From Nitrososphaerota archaeon (GTDB taxonomy: Archaea > Thermoproteota > Nitrososphaeria_A > Caldarchaeales > Calditenuaceae), in contig JBEPYO010000001.1 in assembly GCA_041641295.1 (NCBI GenBank), forward strand, positions 896,001-960,000: a stretch of 64,000 bases of DNA, in the 5' to 3' direction. Position 1 is the first letter of the stretch. Each line of letters begins with the position of its first letter. Made by a program: the position numbers and the translations under genes. Of the stretch, positions 56,391 to 64,000 are shown one piece after another. The notes under the pieces were generated by a model. That model ran no database searches. It worked only from the letters and a program-made list of their open reading frames with translations, and was not told the origin of the DNA.

Positions 56391-56456
56391 GATTCAACAC
56401 CACTTAATTGAGCGGGATAATGAGGGGGTTATACAGAGGTCTAAGTTGTGGCTGGC

Positions 56457-57308
56457 CTACACACCACTCTCATACTTCCTCCCCCTTATCAACGACGCGA
56501 CTCTCACCGCCTCAAGGCTTTCACGGACGTTATGCGTTCTAATCACGTCGGCGCCGTTGTAGACCACTAAGGCTTCTGCAGCGACTGAGCCTATCAGCCT
56601 CTCCTCCGGATCCTCTTTCCCAGTCGCTCTGCCTATGAAGCTCTTCCTAGAGACACCTACGCAGATCGGCCTTCCCAAAACCTCTAACTCTCTCAACCGC
56701 CTCAATATCTCTGCATCCACTAAATACCACTCTTCTCGAAGGTTGCGGTGGAAGCCGATTCCCGGGTCTACTATGATATGCTCTTGTTCTATTCCCGCTG
56801 ACAGGGCTTTCTCAACCGCCCACCTCAGCTGGTCGATTATGCCTAAAATTACGTCTTCCGTCCTCTCAACATTGTTGGCCATGACGATGAGCGAGGCTGA
56901 GTAGTCTTTTACAACCTCTACCATGTCGGGTGAGTGTCTCAGGCCTGATACGTCGTTTATCATCTCGGCGCCTAGCCGGAGAGCCAGTCTTGCTACACTG
57001 CTTCTTGTAGTATCAGCTGATATGGGTATATCGGCAACATTCTTCACAGCCTGCACAGCCATAGCCATTCTCTCCATCTCTACTTCTTCGCTCACCCACG
57101 TCTGTTTATAGGGGGCGCTAGACATCGCCCCAATATCGATGATGTCTGCACCCTCCTCGACCATCCTCAAAGCTTTCTTCTCGACCTCGCCCTGCGTCAA
57201 GCAGACGGAGCCTGGGTAGAAGGACTCCGGGCTCACGTTAATGACGCCCATCAAGCGGACCGGCTGCCCCTCGCCTACCCACAACTCCCCAACCCGTGCA
57301 AGCCGCAA
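56457..57308 (-). CDS. folP: Dihydropteroate synthase
   Basis: MGVINVSPESF, IDIG, ISADT, INDVSG, DPGIGF, SRKSF and IRTHNV. Confidence 0.93.
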   Translation of the reverse strand: MRLARVGELWVGEGQPVRLMGVINVSPESFYPGSVCLTQGEVEKKALRMVEEGADIIDIGAMSSAPYKQTWVSEEVEMERMAMAVQAVKNVADIPISADTTRSSVARLALRLGAEMINDVSGLRHSPDMVEVVKDYSASLIVMANNVERTEDVILGIIDQLRWAVEKALSAGIEQEHIIVDPGIGFHRNLREEWYLVDAEILRRLRELEVLGRPICVGVSRKSFIGRATGKEDPEERLIGSVAAEALVVYNGADVIRTHNVRESLEAVRVASLIRGRKYESGV

Positions 57309-57417
57309 TGATACCCCCCTCCTAGAAGGTGCTCTATTATTTGCCCGCTATTTGTAATATCAGTGTTGGGCAGAAGGGGAGGCCACCACAAGGGTGAAGG
57401 GCTGGTGTTGACGAGCG

Positions 57418-58668
57418 TTAGGGGCGCAATCCAAAGACGCTCTTCTCGAGGCTTATTGACTCGAATGCGAGCCCCAGCTTTTTCGCATACCTGTAGGCCT
57501 CGAGTATCTCCTCCTTTGTCGGTCTCCGAGCTATCTCGCTGTAGCGGGGGTCGAATTCGGGGCTTAGGGGGTCTGCGAAACAGTCGGGGTGGTACTGGTC
57601 CATCACGTTGACTGGAGTGCCGGGCATATTCTCCGCTATCCATGAGAGGACCTTCTTGGTGCAGCACTCGACGTGGTTGGGCATGACCAAGTGCCTAATC
57701 ACTATGTCCTCGCCCCAGTCGTAGATTGTCTTGTGGTTGGATGATACGGTCTCCCAGTACCACGGGGTCCTCGCCAACTTTATGGAGCAGGCGTTACTTC
57801 CAAACTTGAAGTCTGGGAGCCAGATGTCTACTAGCTCCCTCAATATCAGGAGGGTCTCCATGCTCATGTACATGTTTGAGTTCCAGAGAATGGGTGTGTT
57901 TAGTTCTCCGTCGTAGAGGTACTGGGATGGCTCTAGCCTCCGCCACCTGAGGGCGTCGGGCTTCATCATCCACAGGTAGGTCAGCTTATCCCGCGTGGGC
58001 TGGACACTGCCTAGCAGGGATATGGCCTCGACTATTGTGTGGAGGTGGATTGTCGGCTCGCCGCCTACCAAGTTTATGTTGTGACACCCCTCCACCCTTA
58101 ACTCCCACATCATCATAGCGAGCTGGCTCGGGTCAACTATCAATCCATTATCCTTGTCCTTGCTTATGTCGCCGTTCTGGCAGAAGCCACACCTCATGTT
58201 GCAGGAGGTGAAGAATATCGTCCCAGAGCCCCTAACTCCACGTATCGGAAGCTCCTCGCCTAGGTGGTGAAAGTATGAGCTTACACGAGAGATATGGTCT
58301 AGCATGCAGGCCCCCTTCTTCGAGCCTTCACTCCTATCGACCCTGCACCCCCACCTGCAGAAGTTGCAGTGCCTCAGCATCCTCTTCACCAGCTCAACCT
58401 TCAGGTCCATGAAGCTCTTGCCCGGTCTCTCAAGCTCCCGGAGGGTTAGCTCGCCCTTCTTGATGCCTGTGTGAATCTGCTGGAATGTCTTTGCCGCCTC
58501 CCTATGAGCATCCCAGAGCTCCTCCTCGCTCGCACTGAAATCCACATCAACAGGTATCCTCCGACATATCAGATACTTTGCAGGCATCTTGTTAGTCGAG
58601 ACCGCGAGATACCACGACAGCCTCTTTACGACCTGCTCATCACGCCAAATCCAGAGTGTCTCAAGCAT
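57418..58668 (-). CDS. Radical SAM protein, PflX-like
   Basis: H.GEE, GSGTIFF.SCNMRCGFCQN, INLVGGEP, LPDFK, RHLVMP.H..CC and MDQY.P. Confidence 0.9.
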   Translation of the reverse strand: MLETLWIWRDEQVVKRLSWYLAVSTNKMPAKYLICRRIPVDVDFSASEEELWDAHREAAKTFQQIHTGIKKGELTLRELERPGKSFMDLKVELVKRMLRHCNFCRWGCRVDRSEGSKKGACMLDHISRVSSYFHHLGEELPIRGVRGSGTIFFTSCNMRCGFCQNGDISKDKDNGLIVDPSQLAMMMWELRVEGCHNINLVGGEPTIHLHTIVEAISLLGSVQPTRDKLTYLWMMKPDALRWRRLEPSQYLYDGELNTPILWNSNMYMSMETLLILRELVDIWLPDFKFGSNACSIKLARTPWYWETVSSNHKTIYDWGEDIVIRHLVMPNHVECCTKKVLSWIAENMPGTPVNVMDQYHPDCFADPLSPEFDPRYSEIARRPTKEEILEAYRYAKKLGLAFESISLEKSVFGLRP

Positions 58669-58789
58669 TCCTCTACCGATTCTGTCCTGAGAGGGGCTTA
58701 AAAGATTTGTTTAGCTACAAAAACCCAATCACGGACGTCTTTCCGTGGGGCCGTAGCTTTAAATCAGCTTGCCCAGCTATTCCGAGGAC

Positions 58790-60214
58790 ATGAGGGTGCG
58801 GGGGTTCGGGGGTGTGGGCGAGGTTGGGGGGAATAAATTCTACATCGAGGCCCGGGGAGAAGGCATATTCATCGACTTCGGCATAAGCTATGCCTGTAGG
58901 AGACGCTATTTCGGATTCTTTCTGAGGCCCAAAAAGTTCTCGCTACTTGCCTCGCTAATTGCATCTGGCTCTGTTCCTCTTATCAGAAACCTCTACGACG
59001 GAGAACTCTTCGACCCCACCGGCCTCACAGGCGAGGTCCTTCGCAAGGCCCCAGAACTGAACGTACAGGGCATAGTTGTCAGCCACCCCCACACAGACCA
59101 CATAGGCCACATCTCGCTACTGCGTAAAGACATCCCCGTCTATCTCGGTGAAGGGAGCTATGAGATAGCCAAGACGAGGGAGATGACCAAGACAGCGAAG
59201 ACGATAGAAGATAAAATATTCGTTGATGGAGAGAGGCCGGTCCACCTCTTCAGGACGGGCAGCAAGATTAAGATAGGCTCGTTCGAAGTGATTCCAATAC
59301 ATGTGGACCACTCGGTTCCAGGCTCTTACGGCCTTATAGTACACTCGCCGGAGGGGAGTGTAGCATATTCGGGTGATCTGAGGCTTCATGGGCCTAAGAG
59401 CGAGTTTACAGAGGAGTTTGCAGAGGCCATCGCTTCACAGGGCGTTGACGTGGTGATGATGGAGGGGACCCGGATAGGCGAGGAGGACCAGGCGACGGAG
59501 GCGGATGTGGAGAGGAGTCTAACCCGCAACATTGCGGAGAGGAGGGGATTAGTAGCGGTGCTCACAGGTCTCCTAGACTACGACCGCTTCCGCTCAATCG
59601 TCTCAGCCTCCGAGGCAGCGGGAAGAATAGTCCTCGTCTCACCTAGAATGGCCATGATGCTCAACACCTTTAGAAATCTCAGAGTCATGCCTGAGGACTT
59701 CCTCCCGGGCAAGGGGAAGGTTGAAGTTCTGGTCGAGAGGAAGGGGAGCGGTCTGCTTGACAAGCATGACTACCATGGCTGGGAGAGAGAATACTTGGAT
59801 AAACTCCTAGACAAGGGTTTGCCGTTGCTGACAGACTTGGACGTCGCGGCCTATCAGAACAAGTACACAGTAGTCCTAAACTCGCCTGACGACGTCTTAG
59901 ACCTACTACTGATGAGGCCCGTCGAAGACTCCATTTTCATCTACTCGACTAGCGAGCCTCACAACGAAGAGCAGGAAATAGACAGGGAGCGGATAGACAA
60001 CTGGCTCTCAATACTTGGCATGAAGAGCGTACAGGCCCATGCCTCAGGCCACGCCGGCAGGGGGGAGCTGGAACACATAATACAGACTGCCCGCCCCAAG
60101 AGGGTAATACCGATACACACCGAGACCCCAGAGCTATTCCAGCCCCTTCTAAGCCGGGCCGCCCCCGGCTCAACGCTTATAAACCTCCACCCCAAGACCC
60201 CAACCACAATATAA
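58790..60214 (+). CDS. MBL/beta-CASP ribonuclease (RNase J-like)
   Basis: GGVGEVGGN, DFG, SHPHTDH, VDHSVPG, SGDLRLHG, MEGT, HASGH and PIHT. Start assigned to ATG 58790. Confidence 0.88.
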   Translation: MRVRGFGGVGEVGGNKFYIEARGEGIFIDFGISYACRRRYFGFFLRPKKFSLLASLIASGSVPLIRNLYDGELFDPTGLTGEVLRKAPELNVQGIVVSHPHTDHIGHISLLRKDIPVYLGEGSYEIAKTREMTKTAKTIEDKIFVDGERPVHLFRTGSKIKIGSFEVIPIHVDHSVPGSYGLIVHSPEGSVAYSGDLRLHGPKSEFTEEFAEAIASQGVDVVMMEGTRIGEEDQATEADVERSLTRNIAERRGLVAVLTGLLDYDRFRSIVSASEAAGRIVLVSPRMAMMLNTFRNLRVMPEDFLPGKGKVEVLVERKGSGLLDKHDYHGWEREYLDKLLDKGLPLLTDLDVAAYQNKYTVVLNSPDDVLDLLLMRPVEDSIFIYSTSEPHNEEQEIDRERIDNWLSILGMKSVQAHASGHAGRGELEHIIQTARPKRVIPIHTETPELFQPLLSRAAPGSTLINLHPKTPTTI

Positions 60215-60305
60215 ATAGGGAACGACGCAGGTAATACCCTCTGCATGGCGGCTAATAGCGCCAGATAAACCTAAAAAGCATCCTTTAGCAGTTTTTACCG
60301 AAACC

Positions 60306-60482
60306 ATGCCACGGGAGTTTGTCGTTGTAGAGTCAAAGGTTAGGGAGCTGCTGCCGGAGGGTATTAGACTGAGCAGTGACGCACTCCAGGGACTCGACGC
60401 CGTCGTCAGGCAGGCGATCCAAAAAGCCGTAGAACGCTGCAAGGCAAACAACAGGAAGACAATAATCAAGGAAGACTTCTAA
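60306..60482 (+). CDS. Short prokaryotic histone-fold protein, 58 aa (not in the ORF track)
   Basis: Hand translation MPREFVVVESKVRELLPEGIRLSSDALQGLDAVVRQAIQKAVERCKANNRKTIIKEDF*. R.S.DA loop, long central helix and RKT...D signature. Confidence 0.9.
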   Translation: MPREFVVVESKVRELLPEGIRLSSDALQGLDAVVRQAIQKAVERCKANNRKTIIKEDF

Positions 60483-60538
60483 ACAGCCCAACAGGCCAAG
60501 AGACACCAACATTTATCTCCCAAATTTTTAGGCTATAC

Positions 60539-60597
60539 TGTGGGTGATGATAGCGGGTATTTCTGAGCTGTGATGAGGATACCCGCTCTGACCCATA
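60539..60597 (+). ncRNA. Box C/D sRNA
   Basis: C GTGATGA 60544-50, D' CTGA 60563-66, C' GTGATGA 60570-76, D CTGA 60588-91, with a terminal inverted repeat TGTGGG/CCCATA. Intergenic. Confidence 0.88.
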
Positions 60598-60737
60598 ATC
60601 AGGCCGCCTATCCTATCCAAACAGAGAGCTATTCAGCCAGCTTATCACTATATTCTGGGTAAAAACTTCATCGAGATATTCCTGGAGTCCGTCGCAAAAC
60701 AATCAAAAGAATCTATGTGGTCGTCAATAGGTTTGTC

Positions 60738-61061
60738 TTACGGGTATATTGTTGGGACTCTGTCTATATCCTTTACGAGGTCAGCTATTGGTGTGACGAG
60801 GTAGATCTCCATGTCAAGGAAGTGGAAGAAACCTGCCTGCATAAGAAAATCTCTGACTGCCTCGGCGCTTGGTGCTTCAAGCAACATAAGGCCCTTGTGA
60901 GCAGGGTCGAGATGAATGTATGGCACAACAAGTTTAACACCAAATTTCTTAGCTACGTTTTCCACCTCTGGAAATATTTTCTTGAACCATTCTCTTGCAC
61001 CTTTACTCGCAACTGGGCAATTCCCGGGAGGATGTTCCTGCAGTATAACGTATTGTGGCAT
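60738..61061 (-). CDS. Small GYD/DUF3303-like (dimeric alpha-beta barrel) protein
   Basis: H.P..CP, GVKL, H....LLEA.S.EAV..F and VTP pattern. TATA (TTATATA) upstream. Confidence 0.65.
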   Translation of the reverse strand: MPQYVILQEHPPGNCPVASKGAREWFKKIFPEVENVAKKFGVKLVVPYIHLDPAHKGLMLLEAPSAEAVRDFLMQAGFFHFLDMEIYLVTPIADLVKDIDRVPTIYP

Positions 61062-61286
61062 GTGGAGCTTTGTGGCGCATCATATATAAGCCTTGATTAG
61101 AGGGACATTTGGGTGTAGGTTAAAAAGTATTATTAACGTCTCCAATTTAGACAGGTTGCGATTCTTGGAAACTGTATTATCATTTTGAACTCTGCACGAA
61201 GGTTCTTCAGAGTTTTCATACAGCTGGATTTTCTAGCCACAAAATCGTGTCCAGTTAATGGGGTGGTGATGTCCTTCGCGTTTAAC

Positions 61287-61640
61287 TCATACTTCAATCT
61301 CGACGCATACGTCGAGCTTAGAGTAGTACCTCTTAATCGAGGATTCGCCATACTTACTCTTGAACAGCTTAACCACCTTCTCTACACTATCCTTATCGCT
61401 TAACGGTCTCGCCACCACTGTGAGCCGTTTACCGCCAGCTGCCAGCTCCATAGATGGGTTTGCCAAGAGATTCCTATACCAGTTAGTATCCGAGCCCTTC
61501 ACGGGCAGGAGATAGATCTTTCTATCCTCGTTAACGAACCAAACGGGCAGGCTGATACGCCTCCCACTTCTCCTACCCACCGTGGTAATCTCCAGCTCAT
61601 ATGTGCTGCGGAGGGCCTTGAGAAATTCTTCAGCGGCCAT
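61287..61640 (-). CDS. Deazaflavin (F420)-dependent nitroreductase family protein (DDN/FDOR-A-like)
   Basis: ITTVGRRSG...PVWF and WYRNLLANP signatures. Confidence 0.8.
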   Translation of the reverse strand: MAAEEFLKALRSTYELEITTVGRRSGRRISLPVWFVNEDRKIYLLPVKGSDTNWYRNLLANPSMELAAGGKRLTVVARPLSDKDSVEKVVKLFKSKYGESSIKRYYSKLDVCVEIEV

Positions 61641-61738
61641 GTCAGCTAGCCTTACTCGTAGCCGATAAAAAGTCTTTCCTATGGATACGGCTTGGGAGTA
61701 ATGCGTATTTAGGTGTGTGGTAACTAGATGTCCTTGAA

Positions 61739-62989
61739 TTGGATGCAGATGTCATTATTGTTGGTGGAGGCTTCGTCGGCCTGCACACAGCATATCGGCT
61801 GCATAAAGATGGGTTCAGAGTAGTTGTTGTCGGCGGTGAGGCGCCGCGTAGGGGGGCCTCTTGGGGTAATGCGGGTCTGATACATCAGGGCTCGACGACC
61901 ACTGTGCCGGAGATAATGGGCTTCTGGCGCGTGGTGAGGCTGGCCCTGAGACGTGGATCCTACATATCGTCGAATCCTTGGGTAGCTTTGCGGGAATCCC
62001 TTCCCGGCGGATGGATCTGGAGGTATGCGCGCCTCCTCAAAAAGGAGCAGCTAATCGAGCGCGCGGCGCTGTTGTCTAGTCTAGTCCGTGAGAGTAAGAG
62101 GCTGTGGCTTGAGATAATCAGGGGCGAGGGGCTTGATGCGGAGTTGTTGGAGCGTGGCTCTATTGAGGCATATTTCTCCGAGGAGCTTTTCCGTCTTGAG
62201 TCCCGCGTTGTCTCGGAGGAGGCGTCTAGGCTGGGATACCGTGTCCAAGTTCTCGACGGCGAGAAGTGCAGGGAGATGGAGCCCCTCCTGAGAGAAGGAG
62301 TCGCAGGTGGGATCTACTATCTAGACGACGCTTGGGTAAACCCCTCCAAGACGCTGAACTCCTTCATCTCCGCCCTCCAGCGGCTAGGAGTGAAGATAAT
62401 GTGGGAGAGGGTTAGAGGGGTTAGAGAGGAGGGAGATGGTGTGAGGGTTGAGGCGGAGAGCGGCGGTCTGAAGGCGGCGCATGTAGTTTTGGCAGCAGGG
62501 GCTTGGACCAGAAACCTACTTAGGAGCATCGGAGCCAAGATACCTCTGATCGCTGGTCGTGGATATCTCGCAATATCAGAGCCGGTTAGAGAGAGGCTGG
62601 CTAGGCCACTATTCTACGCTGACGAGAAGATAGTTGTCGGCCAGACAGCAGACGGCAATTTACGGCTCACAAGCTATTTCGAACTCAACAACCCGGACGC
62701 GCCTCTCGACCGGTCCAAGATAATCCAGATGGTGAGAAAAGTGAAAGAGGCCCTCAAGCTCGAGGGCGAACTGCGAATAATTGATGAGTGGGTGGGCTCA
62801 AGGCCCTGCATACCAGATGGATTGCCAGTAGTTGGTAGGGTCGGAGGTAGGGGGCGGGTCCTAGTTGCTACGGGTCTTTGCAGGCTCGGCCTTACCCTAA
62901 GCCCAGCAACCGCTGTGCTCGTCGAGGATATTATAACGGGGCGCGAAAACCCGCTGCTACAACACTTCTCACCCGCGAGATTTTCATAA
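61739..62989 (+). CDS. FAD-dependent D-amino acid dehydrogenase/oxidase (DadA-like)
   Basis: VGGGFVG, ASWGNAG, VLAAGAW, GRGY, W.G.RP..PDGLP.VG, ATG..RLG.TL and FSP.RF. Confidence 0.9.
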   Translation: MDADVIIVGGGFVGLHTAYRLHKDGFRVVVVGGEAPRRGASWGNAGLIHQGSTTTVPEIMGFWRVVRLALRRGSYISSNPWVALRESLPGGWIWRYARLLKKEQLIERAALLSSLVRESKRLWLEIIRGEGLDAELLERGSIEAYFSEELFRLESRVVSEEASRLGYRVQVLDGEKCREMEPLLREGVAGGIYYLDDAWVNPSKTLNSFISALQRLGVKIMWERVRGVREEGDGVRVEAESGGLKAAHVVLAAGAWTRNLLRSIGAKIPLIAGRGYLAISEPVRERLARPLFYADEKIVVGQTADGNLRLTSYFELNNPDAPLDRSKIIQMVRKVKEALKLEGELRIIDEWVGSRPCIPDGLPVVGRVGGRGRVLVATGLCRLGLTLSPATAVLVEDIITGRENPLLQHFSPARFS

Positions 62990-63141
62990 GTAGCGGAGGC
63001 ACAGTGAATCAACGCTAGGCTTTTTAAACTTTGCACGCTGTGTCAGGCGCGATATATATGCCAGACTCTGTCTCAGGAGGACTCGAAGACAGGTTTTCAA
63101 AAATAGCTTATATCCCACACTCCGAATACTGATTATGGCTC

Positions 63142-63912
63142 TTGCCTAGGCGCCATGAGTTACTGGTCATGTCGCTTGCAGTGATTCTAGCTTTATTATT
63201 CATCCTCTTTAACTCGCCACCCCTATCACTCTCATCATCGAGCGCCATCGCCTATGTATCCAACATAGCCTCTCCAGTTCAGGGTGGGATCACAGTAAAG
63301 GTTAGAGTGACACACCAGATAGGAAATGAGACTCCCAAGCCGCCAATCAACGGGCTGGTTTTCGTCGTCTTAGGAGGTAATATTGCAGACGTAGACGCTA
63401 AAGGTGAGGCGATTTTCAGCTTACCCCCAGGGAACTATAGCCTCATAGTCTCATGGCGCGACGGGATACTCTACCCGTTCAGAACAATCGTGAAGGTTGA
63501 GAAGCCGTTATTGATTCTGGTCTCGTTTAGGGAAGAGAAGATTATCCCCGACTCCTTGGTATTGATGGTAAACTACACCACAGACTCCAGCAGGGTTGAA
63601 ATGCAGTATATGCCGCCATCAGATAAGATTATATACGCTTCAACCCCAATCATAACCACTATAGATCAAATGGGTAGAAAGCTTGTCTACCCCACACACG
63701 AGACCGTGGCATGGCACATAACCCCCCGCCCCTACTATATCAGTCTACAACCGTCGGCTGTCTACGTCTTGTACGACGTAGTAGTACCAGTCCTCTCGAG
63801 CACAAATACGTTAGTCCCATGGAGCATTTTATCCGTGGTAAGTGACGAGACCTTTATCCCCATCCAGATCACCAACGCTACTATAGTTGAAGGAGATATA
63901 GAATGGAGCTAG
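63142..63912 (+). CDS. Hypothetical N-terminally anchored or secreted beta-rich protein
   Basis: N-terminal hydrophobic helix; D.KGEA.F.LPPGNY is typical of prealbumin/carboxypeptidase-regulatory-like domains. Confidence 0.7.
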   Translation: MPRRHELLVMSLAVILALLFILFNSPPLSLSSSSAIAYVSNIASPVQGGITVKVRVTHQIGNETPKPPINGLVFVVLGGNIADVDAKGEAIFSLPPGNYSLIVSWRDGILYPFRTIVKVEKPLLILVSFREEKIIPDSLVLMVNYTTDSSRVEMQYMPPSDKIIYASTPIITTIDQMGRKLVYPTHETVAWHITPRPYYISLQPSAVYVLYDVVVPVLSSTNTLVPWSILSVVSDETFIPIQITNATIVEGDIEWS

Positions 63913-64000
63913 ACATAATTTATAGTCCTATATTCTGGCTGGTACTCAACATTCTTGTGGCATTCGGGATATTAAAGCTGAGGAAAAGCTTGAGCACTGT

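Noticed and set aside
60170-60469. 99-aa minus-strand ORF in the track
   Set aside because: It is the antisense shadow of the 58-aa histone gene on the plus strand.
1-64000. CRISPR array, rRNA, IS transposase or provirus
   Set aside because: No regularly spaced repeats, rRNA-like tracts, or transposase, integrase or capsid motifs were seen by eye. Short or degenerate elements could have been missed.

Overview
Gene-dense chromosomal segment of a GC-rich archaeon. TFE, aIF2-alpha, Nop10, aTrm56, Dph5, class I HMG-CoA reductase, a histone, a C/D-box RNA and TATA-driven leaderless genes point to Archaea. A TACK lineage such as Aigarchaeota/Caldarchaeales is my inference from gene content only. 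Most genes are housekeeping or central metabolism, and there are two tRNAs (Glu-CTC, Val-TAC). No CRISPR array, rRNA or intact transposase was seen. Highlights: (1) a three-gene operon for a hinge-less, SMC5/6-like mini-SMC with a kleisin and an Nse1/Nse3-like KITE, tail-to-tail with an Lhr helicase; (2) a secreted coiled-coil, single-pass membrane protein ending in a cytoplasmic AbrB/MazE DNA-binding domain; (3) an intact ABC-type NBD that has lost every catalytic motif, coupled to a membrane protein; (4) a 58-aa short histone missed by the ORF track, followed by a C/D-box RNA whose two guides pair with each other; (5) a kinase-less signalling neighbourhood (PPP phosphatase, two hemerythrins, ACT-V4R, tandem Lrp-like HTH, TackOD1-like Zn-ribbon-wHTH); (6) an AT-rich island encoding a Tat-signal protein. 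All family calls come from motif recognition by eye; no database search was run.
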